Below the pieces are notes generated by a model. That model searched no databases. It saw nothing but the letters and a program-made list of their open reading frames with translations, and was not told where the DNA came from. DNA of 44,559 nt from a virus. A program made the translations under genes and the position numbers. The stretch lies in the IMG/VR virus record IMGVR_UViG_3300045988_062990; one strand, written 5' to 3'. Positions within the stretch are counted from its first letter, which is position 1, and each line of letters begins with the position of its first letter. Below are positions 8,638 to 17,687 of the stretch, piece after piece.

Positions 8638-11145
8638 ATGAGACTGATTGTATACGATGTTGAGGTTTTTGCCTTTGACTGGATTGTAGTGTTCAAAGAT
8701 GTGGAAACGGGGACGCATACGGTCATTCACAACGACAGCGAAGCTCTCAGAGAGTGCCTGTATGACGATGGTATCTATGTTGGATTTAACTCCAAACACT
8801 ACGACCAATTCATCATTAAAGCCGCCGCAAACGATTTTTCTCCGCAGGAAATCAAGCGACTCAACGATTTCCTCATCGGCGGCGGTCGCGGTTGGGAATA
8901 TGCACCGCTCAAGGCATTTTACTTCCGTTTCAACAATGTGGACATTCGAGACGATGTTCAGTTGGGTCTATCCCTCAAGGCTATCGAGGGTCACATGGGA
9001 ATGGATATTCAAGAAACGGAGGTGTCATTCGACCTCGACAGACCGCTTACAGAGGAGGAACTGCAACAGACCGTTCACTACTGTAAGCACGATGTTGACG
9101 CTACCCACGAGCTGATGAAGCTCAGAGCAGACTACCTCAAGACCAAAAAGAACCTCGGTAAACGAGCGGGAATTGATGAGGTCAAGTCCCTCGCCGCCAC
9201 CAATGCCAAGCTAACCGCAATGATGTTACGGGCAGAGCGTAAAGAATGGGACGATGGGCGAGAGTATGTCTATCCGGCAAACCTCGATACCGCCGTTATC
9301 CCCAAGCCGATACTGGACTTTTTCGAGACCATTCACGATAAGTCCATTCCCGATGAGGTTCTGTTTAAGACCTCATTTGAGATTGAGATTGGCGGTATGC
9401 CCTGTAAATACGCTTGGGGTGGTGTCCACGGCAGTCTGACAGGCTATTACGAGGAAGCAACAGAGGATAGGGTCATTCAGAACAGAGATGTATCAAGTCT
9501 GTACCCCTCTCTGATTGAGATTTACAACTACTTGTCCCGTAATGTCCCCGACCCCGAACTGTTCTACGCTATCAAGCGTGACCGCATACAGGCGAAGCAC
9601 AACGGGGATAAGCAGACAGCAAAGGACTTGAAGCTACCGCTCAATACCGTGTCCGGCGCACAGGAAAACCGCTACAACGACCTGTATGACCCGCTCCCGA
9701 CCCGCTCTCTGCGAATATCAGGACAGTTGTTCCTAACGGTACTTACCATGCGTCTGCTGAACGCCTGTAAGACGATAAAGCTCTTGAACCTCAATACCGA
9801 TGGTCTGATGTACTCCATCGACAAATCGGAACTGGCTCTCGTGGACGAAATCGCCCACGCTTGGGAAACAGAAACGAAGTTTGAGCTTGAGGTCGATGAT
9901 ATTCAGCGGGTTTGGATTAAAGATGTGAACAACCTCTTGATGATTAAGACCGATGGTGAGGTCAAGACGGTTGGCGGCTATCTGAACTATGGCGTGTCCG
10001 TCAAGGGCGCGTGGGCTATCAATAACAATATGGTTATCGTGAAAAAGGCTCTGATTGAGTATTTCGTCCACGGTACACCCGTTGAGGAAACAATCAACGG
10101 CAGTACAGATATTTTCGATTTCCAGTTGATAGCAAAGGCAGGTGCGAAATACCGTGAAGCCTATCACATTGTCGATGGTGAGCAAGTCCCGGTGCAGAAA
10201 GTAAACCGTGTATATGCTACGGCAGACGAGCGGTACGGGAAATTATTCAAGGTCAAAGCTGAGACGGACGCTACTGCGAAAATCGAAATGCTCCCCGACC
10301 ACTGTATCATCGACAATGACAATCATCTAACCATAGACGATGTAGACAGAACATTCTATATCGAAATGGCAAAAAAGCGAATCAATGATTTCTTGGGTAT
10401 CAAGCCCGAAAAGAAAAAAGGAGGAAAACGCAAAATGGCTACTACTGCAAAGAAAGAGACCGTCACTCTGAATGTTTATCAGAAATTGCTCAAGGCAAGG
10501 GAGATGTTCCTGCAAGCCGATGTGCAGAAAACGGGTAAGAATATGCACCTGTCGTTCAAGTATTTCGAGCTTGACGATATTGTGCCTACTGCCACCCGCA
10601 TTTTCAGTGAGGTCGGTCTTATCCCTATCGTGACCTTTACCTCTGATGTGGCAACGATGAAGATTGTCAACATCGACAATCCCGATGAGGAGTATATCCC
10701 GTTTGTTGCCCCGTTCAATCAGATTGCCCCGATTATCAGCAACGCCGGAAAACAGGCTACTAACGAAATGCAAGCCCTTGGTTCTTCCATCACCTATATG
10801 CGCCGTTACCTGTATATGATTGCGCTCGACATTTGTGAGAGCGACAGCATTGACGGTGAGCTTGGCAGACCTGCTCCCGCACCCGCTCCGAAAGCTCCTC
10901 CGGCTACTCCCGAACAGCGACAGGAAGTGAAGCAGGAACTCACCGCTCCGCAGGACAATGCAACCCCGTTGCAGATTAAGGGTCTCAAGGCGGTGCTGAA
11001 AAAGCTCAAGGACGCTGACCCCACCAAGGAGGAAATGATTGCTCAGATTGCAGTTCAGACGGAGGGCTTTACCTCTATCAGTAAGTCTGACTGTGAAACA
11101 CTCATTCAGAAAATCACCGCTATGCTTGAGGGAGGTAACGAGTAA
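8638..11145 (+). CDS. Family-B DNA polymerase with 3'-5' exonuclease domain, fused in frame to an ERF-family single-strand annealing protein
   Basis: ExoI YDVEVF, ExoII NSKHYDQF, ExoIII YCKHDVD. Pol motif A DVSSLYPS, motif C-like NTDGL. From residue 600 the sequence is ERF-like (KYFELDDI..QALGSSITYMRRYL). Confidence 0.75.
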   Translation: MRLIVYDVEVFAFDWIVVFKDVETGTHTVIHNDSEALRECLYDDGIYVGFNSKHYDQFIIKAAANDFSPQEIKRLNDFLIGGGRGWEYAPLKAFYFRFNNVDIRDDVQLGLSLKAIEGHMGMDIQETEVSFDLDRPLTEEELQQTVHYCKHDVDATHELMKLRADYLKTKKNLGKRAGIDEVKSLAATNAKLTAMMLRAERKEWDDGREYVYPANLDTAVIPKPILDFFETIHDKSIPDEVLFKTSFEIEIGGMPCKYAWGGVHGSLTGYYEEATEDRVIQNRDVSSLYPSLIEIYNYLSRNVPDPELFYAIKRDRIQAKHNGDKQTAKDLKLPLNTVSGAQENRYNDLYDPLPTRSLRISGQLFLTVLTMRLLNACKTIKLLNLNTDGLMYSIDKSELALVDEIAHAWETETKFELEVDDIQRVWIKDVNNLLMIKTDGEVKTVGGYLNYGVSVKGAWAINNNMVIVKKALIEYFVHGTPVEETINGSTDIFDFQLIAKAGAKYREAYHIVDGEQVPVQKVNRVYATADERYGKLFKVKAETDATAKIEMLPDHCIIDNDNHLTIDDVDRTFYIEMAKKRINDFLGIKPEKKKGGKRKMATTAKKETVTLNVYQKLLKAREMFLQADVQKTGKNMHLSFKYFELDDIVPTATRIFSEVGLIPIVTFTSDVATMKIVNIDNPDEEYIPFVAPFNQIAPIISNAGKQATNEMQALGSSITYMRRYLYMIALDICESDSIDGELGRPAPAPAPKAPPATPEQRQEVKQELTAPQDNATPLQIKGLKAVLKKLKDADPTKEEMIAQIAVQTEGFTSISKSDCETLIQKITAMLEGGNE
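10435..11145 (+). CDS. ERF-family recombinase, possible independent translation from an internal start
   Basis: AAGGAGG at 10419-10425 lies 9 nt upstream of the in-frame ATG at 10435. The region downstream is a complete ERF-like domain plus a Pro/Ala linker. Confidence 0.5.
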   Translation: MATTAKKETVTLNVYQKLLKAREMFLQADVQKTGKNMHLSFKYFELDDIVPTATRIFSEVGLIPIVTFTSDVATMKIVNIDNPDEEYIPFVAPFNQIAPIISNAGKQATNEMQALGSSITYMRRYLYMIALDICESDSIDGELGRPAPAPAPKAPPATPEQRQEVKQELTAPQDNATPLQIKGLKAVLKKLKDADPTKEEMIAQIAVQTEGFTSISKSDCETLIQKITAMLEGGNE

Positions 11146-12167
11146 TGGAATGGCTTGACAGCAAACAAATTAAAATCAACCCGCCGAAGCGCACCAAGAA
11201 AGTCACGGGTACTCGCTTTGCCACAATTCTCGGTCTGAATCCGTGGTCTACTCCGTTCGAGATGTGGCTTGCAATCACCAAGACCTATGAGACCCCGTTC
11301 GAGGACACTATCTATACAAAGGCAGGTAAGGCAATCGAACCGAAACAGGCTGAGTATATGAAGAAGTCCTACGGCATGGACATCATCACTCCGACTGACC
11401 GCTACGGTGAGGATTATTTCAAATCCACTTGGGGTGATTTCTTCCCCAACAGTAAGCATTTCGGCGGTATGTGGGACTTCCTCGGTGTGGACGAGGACGG
11501 TACGGTTGATACGGTTCTCGAAATGAAGACCACCAAGCGTATCGAAGACTGGCAGAATGACGCTCCCGAATATTACGCTCTGCAAGCTGCCCTCTACGCT
11601 TACCTGCTCGGTGTGGACAATGTGATTATGGTCGCGTCTTTCCTTGAAGAAAAGGACTACGCTGACCCCACGAAGTACACACCGAATATCAAGAACACCA
11701 TTACCGTGGAGTTCAAGGTGAGTGAGCGTTACCCCGACTTCGAGGACAAAATCAAGTTCGTTGAAAACTGGTGGGCTGAGTATGTGGACAGCGGTATTTC
11801 CCCTGTCTATGACGAGAAAAAGGACGCTGAACTGCTTGCGGCTCTGCGTACTCACAGTCTCGCACCCGACACCGACATCAACGCCCTTATCACCGAAGCG
11901 GAAAGTCTCAAGAGTGAAATCGACAAGACCACCGCCACTATCGCCGATAAGGAAAAGCGGCTCGGTGAAATCAACAACATCATCAAGGAACACGCTATGG
12001 GGCAGTTCCGTGATGGTGATAAAAAAGTTGAAATCAAGGGCGCGACCTACACTTGGTCGGTGTCCCGCTCGGAAACCACGACCATCGACAAAAAGGCTCT
12101 GGAAAAGGACGGTCTGCTCGACAAATATCAGAAGAAATCTGAACAATACCGCATGACGGTGAAATAA
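11145..12167 (+). CDS. YqaJ-like (lambda Exo-type) recombination exonuclease
   Basis: ..TGTRFATILG..PW..FE.W.., LEMKT (ExK) and YYALQA..Y motifs. ATG overlaps the upstream stop. Confidence 0.75.
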   Translation: MEWLDSKQIKINPPKRTKKVTGTRFATILGLNPWSTPFEMWLAITKTYETPFEDTIYTKAGKAIEPKQAEYMKKSYGMDIITPTDRYGEDYFKSTWGDFFPNSKHFGGMWDFLGVDEDGTVDTVLEMKTTKRIEDWQNDAPEYYALQAALYAYLLGVDNVIMVASFLEEKDYADPTKYTPNIKNTITVEFKVSERYPDFEDKIKFVENWWAEYVDSGISPVYDEKKDAELLAALRTHSLAPDTDINALITEAESLKSEIDKTTATIADKEKRLGEINNIIKEHAMGQFRDGDKKVEIKGATYTWSVSRSETTTIDKKALEKDGLLDKYQKKSEQYRMTVK

Positions 12168-12181
12168 GGAGGATAAAGACA

Positions 12182-12622
12182 ATGAAATTTAAGAAATTCG
12201 TAAAATCTCTTGGAGCTGATGGTATTCTCTATGTTCGTGAAAATGGAGACCGTTGGTTGTCCTCCGGCTCTATCTTTATGAAAGTCCCGGAAGACATTCG
12301 CACTGTAACCGCTTGTGATAGCACGAGTATGCTCTCTCTCATCGAGAACATCATCAATTACGACTCTTTCTCTCAGCCTTGTGAGCTGGTCGAAGCGGTC
12401 ATGCCTGTTGCCGATGGTGTAATCAAGGACTGTGTGCGTATCTTCGCCACCGAAAACGGCATTGATAAGACCGCTATCTGCAATGATGGCTATGCTCTTA
12501 TCGAGCGTGGTGACATTGTGGAAATGTTCGTTGACGAGAAGATTTCCGCATTGGTTATCAAGAGACCTGTAGACCTCGTGGACGAGGAAATTGTCGGAGT
12601 CATTCTCCGTACCGAATATTAA
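12182..12622 (+). CDS. Hypothetical protein
   Basis: RBS GGAGG upstream. No family recognised. Confidence 0.65.
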   Translation: MKFKKFVKSLGADGILYVRENGDRWLSSGSIFMKVPEDIRTVTACDSTSMLSLIENIINYDSFSQPCELVEAVMPVADGVIKDCVRIFATENGIDKTAICNDGYALIERGDIVEMFVDEKISALVIKRPVDLVDEEIVGVILRTEY

Positions 12623-12636
12623 GGAGGGTAAATAAC

Positions 12637-13152
12637 ATGGCAAGAATCCCTATGACGAGTGGTTTCACTCTTATCCCGGAGGGAACTTATGTGTTCCGCA
12701 TTTACGATGCGTCCTACGATGAGGAGTTTGGCAAGATTGAGATTAAGCTCGTGAACGCGGCGGGTATGACTCAGACCGAACGCTTTACCATCAAGGACAA
12801 GAACGATGAACCGAACGAAAAGGCTCTGAACGCTTTCTCCTATTTCGCCAAGACCGCTATGGGCGATTACACCCTTGAGGACATTGACCCGATGGAGCTT
12901 ATCGACCACTTTATTGAAGCGGAGGTCGTTCACACCAAGCTCCCGTCCAATAAAGACCCGAACAAAACGGTCACTTTCGCAAATCTCGGTGATAAAGCTC
13001 CTGCTGAGTATTTTGATACCGAACCCGTGTCCCGTGCGCTGACGCTCGGCAAGGACAAGAACGCCGCTCCTGTCCCTCAGAAACAGGTTACTGCTCCCGC
13101 TCCTGCCGCACCGAAAAAGGGTCTCGACCTTGACGCACTGCTCGGAGGTTGA
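12637..13152 (+). CDS. DUF669-like phage ssDNA-binding protein candidate
   Basis: N-terminus ..IPEGTYVFRI.. with a Pro/Ala linker and the acidic tail LDLDALLGG. Located within the recombination module. Confidence 0.5.
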   Translation: MARIPMTSGFTLIPEGTYVFRIYDASYDEEFGKIEIKLVNAAGMTQTERFTIKDKNDEPNEKALNAFSYFAKTAMGDYTLEDIDPMELIDHFIEAEVVHTKLPSNKDPNKTVTFANLGDKAPAEYFDTEPVSRALTLGKDKNAAPVPQKQVTAPAPAAPKKGLDLDALLGG

Positions 13153-13200
13153 TGGGTATGGGGAGCGAAAGCTCCCCTCCCTCTAAAGGAGGTGCCGTAA

Positions 13201-13677
13201 ATGGAATTACAGGACAGTGGCAACCGCAGAGAGTTTGATTCCGGCGCAGTACGCGATATTTGCGAGGGCAAAGGCAGGTGTGACCTGCTCCCGCTTGATA
13301 TTGTCGCTGACATTATGGACGATGAAATCCTTTGTTACATCGACCAGTATGTTCGCTCCGGCAACAGAACCTCTCTTGTAAAGGCAATCAAGTCTTTTTC
13401 AGAAGCTCGATACGGGACTCTCAACACAGCTATGTTGGAAGTCTCCAAACACTACGAGGACGGTTGCAACAAATATGGTGAACGGAATTGGCAAAAGGGT
13501 ATTCCCCTCCACTGTTATATCGACAGTGGTGTACGCCACTACATCAAGTTCACCCGTGGTGACGATGATGAACCTCACGACAGAGCGTTCCTGTGGAATA
13601 TGCTCGGTGCGTTGTGGACGCAGAATTACCACCCCGAATATTGCGACCTACCATTCACTGAGGAGGTGCGAAAATGA
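13201..13677 (+). CDS. dATP/dGTP-diphosphohydrolase-like protein (DUF5664-type N-terminus)
   Basis: Signature DSGAVRD..GKGRCDLLP and ..YGERNW..G. Confidence 0.5.
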   Translation: MELQDSGNRREFDSGAVRDICEGKGRCDLLPLDIVADIMDDEILCYIDQYVRSGNRTSLVKAIKSFSEARYGTLNTAMLEVSKHYEDGCNKYGERNWQKGIPLHCYIDSGVRHYIKFTRGDDDEPHDRAFLWNMLGALWTQNYHPEYCDLPFTEEVRK

Positions 13678-14225
13678 CCGATAAAGAACGCCTTGACCTT
13701 ATGATGGCAACCAACCTCTCCGAAATCGTCAAGGAGGATTTTCTCAAATGGCTTGCGGAAAACGGATTTTTCACCGCCCCGGCAAGCACCAAGTACCACG
13801 GTAATTACGAGGGCGGTTTGTTCGTCCATTCCTTTATGGTGATGAACCTGCTTGTGGAACTGTCGGCGGCGAACGGTCTCAAGTGGAAACGCCCCGCGAG
13901 TCCGTTCCTTGTGGGTATGTTCCACGACCTGTGCAAAATCGACCAGTACCGTATTGACAACAGCACTCCGTACACCGTGGGTGAACCTACTCGATATGAG
14001 TATAACCCCAATACGATGTATAAGGGGCATGGTGATAAGTCCATTATACTGCTCTCTCAGTTTACAACGCTGACCGATGAGGAGACCGCCTGTATTCGAT
14101 ACCACATGGGCGCGTTTACTGAGAAAGAAGAATGGCGAGATTACACTCGCGCCGTACACGCTTTCCCGAATGTCCTGTGGACGCACCAAGCAAATATGCT
14201 TGCGTCTCATGTGGTAGGGATTTGA
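13674..14225 (+). CDS. HD-domain phosphohydrolase
   Basis: H..HD pattern (FVHSF .. MFHDLCK .. GHGDKS .. RYHMG). Confidence 0.6.
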   Translation: MTDKERLDLMMATNLSEIVKEDFLKWLAENGFFTAPASTKYHGNYEGGLFVHSFMVMNLLVELSAANGLKWKRPASPFLVGMFHDLCKIDQYRIDNSTPYTVGEPTRYEYNPNTMYKGHGDKSIILLSQFTTLTDEETACIRYHMGAFTEKEEWRDYTRAVHAFPNVLWTHQANMLASHVVGI

Positions 14226-14227
14226 CG

Positions 14228-14563
14228 ATGGCGGTATTCAAGAGAGCGAACGGTCACATTTTCGGCGTTCAATTTTCTGCCAAGGAGCAGAAAGCGATTG
14301 ACACTGAAATCCTCCGACAGTGCGCGGAGTACGACAAAAAGAACGCCGATGAGGTGGACGCGGTTATCCTGTGGTTACTTCACGAAAAATTTGGGTTCGG
14401 TAAAAAGCGTCTGAGGGCGTTTTACGATTCCTTTTCCACTGAGCTTGACGCACTGGTTAAGCGGTATGAAATGGGAGACGAGGACAAGGCGTGGCTCTGC
14501 TCCCGAAAACTGAGAGATTACGGAATTGACATTTCCGAATGGAATAAGGAGGAAAAGAAATGA
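14228..14563 (+). CDS. Hypothetical protein (111 aa)
   Basis: ATG at 14228 directly after the upstream stop. Coding-like composition. Confidence 0.6.
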   Translation: MAVFKRANGHIFGVQFSAKEQKAIDTEILRQCAEYDKKNADEVDAVILWLLHEKFGFGKKRLRAFYDSFSTELDALVKRYEMGDEDKAWLCSRKLRDYGIDISEWNKEEKK

Positions 14564-14793
14564 GTTACAAGCTCAAGACTGCAAACGGTAAGGTTGCTTT
14601 CCTGCTCAAGACGGGTAAGGATTTTGTGAAAAATCAGATGGCGGTCGCTTCCGCACAGCACATTATCGACACTGGTGAAGTCAAAAAGTCCGATATTGAG
14701 GGCTACCCCATCAATGTGGACGATAAGTGGTACTTTGCCGGAGAGGTGTTCAAGAAGTCCGCTTCCCGTAAAACGGAGGGCGTTGCGGAATGA
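14560..14793 (+). CDS. Hypothetical protein
   Basis: ATGA-type overlap with the neighbouring genes. Confidence 0.6.
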   Translation: MSYKLKTANGKVAFLLKTGKDFVKNQMAVASAQHIIDTGEVKKSDIEGYPINVDDKWYFAGEVFKKSASRKTEGVAE

Positions 14794-15083
14794 GAACATT
14801 TTACTCCGAATATGTCCAACACTGTATGCGTTTCTACGCTCGTCACACTAACCCGAAGTTCCGCAGTGACGCAGATAAAAAGAATTGGTTCGCCTGTGAT
14901 AGCGCACTGAAAGGCTTTACGGACAAGGAACAGGAAATGCTCCTTACTATCTACCGTGAGGGAGATACGATTCCCGATAACATCTACAACCTGTCCGTTG
15001 CGTTGGAGATTAAACAGGATATTCTTTGGAAGCTCGTGAATGAGCTTGAACGCAAAGTTGCGAAAAGGAGGGGACTTGTGTGA
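14790..15083 (+). CDS. Possible sigma-70 region-4-like / ArpU-like transcription regulator
   Basis: The C-terminal HTH-like segment (..IYNLSVALEIKQDILWKLVNELERKV..) is only a weak resemblance. Confidence 0.35.
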   Translation: MRTFYSEYVQHCMRFYARHTNPKFRSDADKKNWFACDSALKGFTDKEQEMLLTIYREGDTIPDNIYNLSVALEIKQDILWKLVNELERKVAKRRGLV

Positions 15084-15868
15084 CCTGCTACGAGAACATA
15101 CCTACAGAACTGAAAAAACTGAATCAGTGGGTTTGTACTCGTGGGGATAGCAAAGTCCCGATGAAAGCATGGGAGAATGAAGCCGCGTCCTCCGTCAACC
15201 CGCAAACATGGGCTGATTTTGATACCGCGCACAAATCCGTGTCAGAGGGTCACTACGATTACTGCGGGTTCGTGTTCAACGACAACGGACTTGTAGGTGT
15301 GGACATTGACGCGGGATATGACGAGGACGGGTTTCTCTCTCAGCTTGCCGCTGACATTATCGGTAAGTGCCAAAGCTATACGGAGAAATCCAAGAGTGGA
15401 CGCGGCTTTCATATCCTGCTCAAAGGAGACTTGCCCTTTAAGGGCAAGAACAACCTTGCGGGTGTGGAGATTTACAAGTCCTCCCGATACTTCATTATGA
15501 CAGGCGATACGCTCCTCTATCGCACCATCGAAGAAAATCAGAGCGCGATTGAGTATATTGTCGAGAAGTATTTTCCCGATACCCGACAGGAGAAAGAGAC
15601 TCCGACCTTTGGTGGTCGTATCTACTGCCCGATATGGGAAATGCCCGAAAACAATCGTATCAAGCTCCGTCCTGTCTATCCCCGCATACCAAACGGAAGC
15701 CGAAATATCTGTCTGACCTCCCTTGCGGGTATGCTCCACAACCAAGGGTACAGTAAGCAACAGATATATGACGAACTGCTCTACTGCAACACAGTTGCCT
15801 GTGACCCTCCCCTCGACAGAGGTGAGATACAGACAATTTGTAACAGTGTGACACGGTACAAACGATGA
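15080..15868 (+). CDS. Bifunctional primase-polymerase (prim-pol) with a PriCT-like C-terminal domain
   Basis: GTG start. ..VGVDIDA..SKSGRGFHIL.. archaeo-eukaryotic primase motifs. C-terminal ..GSRN..L.S.AG.. PriCT-like segment. Confidence 0.7.
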   Translation: MTCYENIPTELKKLNQWVCTRGDSKVPMKAWENEAASSVNPQTWADFDTAHKSVSEGHYDYCGFVFNDNGLVGVDIDAGYDEDGFLSQLAADIIGKCQSYTEKSKSGRGFHILLKGDLPFKGKNNLAGVEIYKSSRYFIMTGDTLLYRTIEENQSAIEYIVEKYFPDTRQEKETPTFGGRIYCPIWEMPENNRIKLRPVYPRIPNGSRNICLTSLAGMLHNQGYSKQQIYDELLYCNTVACDPPLDRGEIQTICNSVTRYKR

Positions 15869-16071
15869 AATACGAACCCTATCACGCGCTTATAAACGCG
15901 ATTATTCTGCAAGCGGTCAAGGATTACCGCACAGCGTTGGACGATGGGAACACCTCCGGCATTGCGGAGTGTGAGAGGTTCTTCCGCTCGGATTGGTTCA
16001 CTTTCCTCACCGATGTTGACGGAGAAATCATTATCCGGCAGGTTCAGCGGGAGATAACACGAAAAAGATAA
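15865..16071 (+). CDS. Hypothetical protein (68 aa)
   Basis: Overlapping start and stop with the upstream gene. Confidence 0.55.
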   Translation: MKYEPYHALINAIILQAVKDYRTALDDGNTSGIAECERFFRSDWFTFLTDVDGEIIIRQVQREITRKR

Positions 16072-16089
16072 ATAATTGCACAAATAATA

Positions 16090-16118
16090 TTGACAGATAA
16101 TCTTTTTCGTGTTATACT
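16090..16118 (+). promoter_or_regulatory. Sigma-70-type promoter (TTGACA-17-TATACT) in front of the MazF-like gene
   Basis: TTGACA at 16090-16095, a 17-nt spacer, TATACT at 16113-16118. Confidence 0.6.
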
Positions 16119-16171
16119 CCAATCGTAAAGAGACAAGAAGTAGTCTCAATAAGATTAAGGAGGTTTATAAA

Positions 16172-16531
16172 ATGACTGAGTATTACCGTGGGGACATTTT
16201 CTACATAACGCCGTTTTATACGGTCACTGGCTCTGAGCAGAGAGCGGGGAGACCCGGCGTGATTGTGTCGAATGACACAAACAACAAGTATTCTCCGAAT
16301 GTGGAGATTGTATTTCTGACCTCACAGGAAAAGAAACCGCTCCCCACCCATGTCCCTGTGATGTGCCGTGTTCCGTCCACTGCCCTCTGCGAGAATATTC
16401 AGACGGTATCGAAAGACAGGCTCTCCACATTCATTAAGTCTTGCACCACGAAAGAGCTGAAAAACATCGACAACGCTCTGCTGGTGTCCCTTGGTATCAG
16501 CGACTCCTCGCCCGTTGGGGGGGGGGATTGA
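16172..16531 (+). CDS. PemK/MazF-family toxin-like endoribonuclease; its 3' end lies in a G10 tract
   Basis: GDIFYI..GSEQRAGRPGVIVSND..N..SPNVEIVFLTS..PTHV..ALCENIQTVSKDRL matches the MazF/PemK pattern. AAGGAGG RBS. Confidence 0.75.
   Translation: MTEYYRGDIFYITPFYTVTGSEQRAGRPGVIVSNDTNNKYSPNVEIVFLTSQEKKPLPTHVPVMCRVPSTALCENIQTVSKDRLSTFIKSCTTKELKNIDNALLVSLGISDSSPVGGGD
16517..16526. repeat. G10 homopolymer at the end of the MazF-like ORF
   Basis: Ten consecutive G, counted directly. The +1 frame beyond it stays open for 36 codons and stops at 16635-16637, overlapping the next ATG. Confidence 0.9.
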
Positions 16532-16633
16532 TGAAACTGCGCCGCAGGAAAGCTCACACGCAGAGGTGGAGCGAGACCTTTACAAGTCTCTATACGAGCA
16601 AATTCTTGATAAATTGATGGGAGGAAACAACCG

Positions 16634-17299
16634 ATGATTAAAGTAGAAAACATCGACACTTGGGGCTTTGAACACGCTATCCGTGGTATGAGAAACCCCT
16701 TGAACAGTTGGTCGAGGTCGGATAGCTCATTCGAGGATTATGTCCCCGATTACGCTATGGACACGGCACGAACCTATCCCTGCGTAAAAATCGGGGTGAA
16801 TGACCTCAAGCTCATGCGTCAGCTTTATGTCGGCGGTCAGCCGCACAGAAAGTACCTCCGACAGATTTTCGCAGTCATGGACATCACTGCTCCGCTCTAT
16901 TGGTGGAAAGAGTTTGACACTTATAAGGTCGGTACGACCGCCAACTCCTGTTCTACCATGCACAAAATCGCGGCAAAGGAGTTTGAACTCTCCGATTTCA
17001 GCACGGAACATTTAGATAGTGTGTCGTTAGATACTTTTGAGTATATTATCGCTCAGTTGGAATATGACCGTAAACGCTATCTGAAAACCAAAGATAAAAC
17101 ATACTGGTGGCAGATGGTACAGCTTCTTCCCTCAAGCTACAATCAGCGGCGCACAGTCAGCATGACCTATGAAAATGTGATGAATATGCTCGACTACCGC
17201 GAGGGTCACAAACTGGACGAGTGGCGGGAGTTCTGCAAAATTCTAAAACAATTACCGTATGTGGAGGTGATTAGAGATGGCAAAAAAGAAAGAACCTAA
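16634..17299 (+). CDS. Hypothetical protein (221 aa)
   Basis: Coding-like. There is a faint resemblance to the ThyX fold, but the RHR..S..S.RY catalytic motif is not present. Confidence 0.65.
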   Translation: MIKVENIDTWGFEHAIRGMRNPLNSWSRSDSSFEDYVPDYAMDTARTYPCVKIGVNDLKLMRQLYVGGQPHRKYLRQIFAVMDITAPLYWWKEFDTYKVGTTANSCSTMHKIAAKEFELSDFSTEHLDSVSLDTFEYIIAQLEYDRKRYLKTKDKTYWWQMVQLLPSSYNQRRTVSMTYENVMNMLDYREGHKLDEWREFCKILKQLPYVEVIRDGKKERT

Positions 17300-17687
17300 G
17301 TCTTGGTGTGACATTCAATCGGATTTTGAAAATATGCAGAGAATGTCTTGTGTTCCTATTGGTATTCGCAAAGTCAGAAAAGACTATATTTTTGACGAAA
17401 ACCAGTCTGTGAAATGGAACAGAGAACAGGTTGAGAAAAACAATCTTGCGTATGAGAAAGAAGTTGCTCGACTTAACACATTGAAAAATAAAGAGCGAGA
17501 CCAAATCCTTGAAGACATTTACTACACCATTCAATGTGATGTTGGACATGATTTATCGCGTGAAAATGCGATACTGTTATGGAATTGGTCTTACGAGTTA
17601 GGACATACCTGTGGGATTTACTGTGTTATAGCTCATTTAGAGGGCATTATCACACTTGTTGACAAAATGTTAAGTGGGGTGAAGTAA
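17277..17687 (+). CDS. Hypothetical protein
   Basis: Open frame that overlaps its neighbours by a few nt. Confidence 0.6.
   Translation: MAKKKEPKSWCDIQSDFENMQRMSCVPIGIRKVRKDYIFDENQSVKWNREQVEKNNLAYEKEVARLNTLKNKERDQILEDIYYTIQCDVGHDLSRENAILLWNWSYELGHTCGIYCVIAHLEGIITLVDKMLSGVK

Noticed and set aside
11106-12182. A 358-aa - strand ORF. Similar cases are 38564..39580 (-), 17670..18389 (-), 1960..2673 (-) and 27653..28348 (-).
   Set aside because: All lie entirely antisense to + strand genes that have recognisable motifs (YqaJ exonuclease, tail protein, D5 primase, endolysin, portal).
16634-17299. Possible flavin-dependent thymidylate synthase (ThyX).
   Set aside because: There is only a vague similarity in layout. 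The ThyX RHR..S....S.RY catalytic motif is replaced by unrelated residues (..TYKVGTTANSCSTMH..). The ORF is left as hypothetical.
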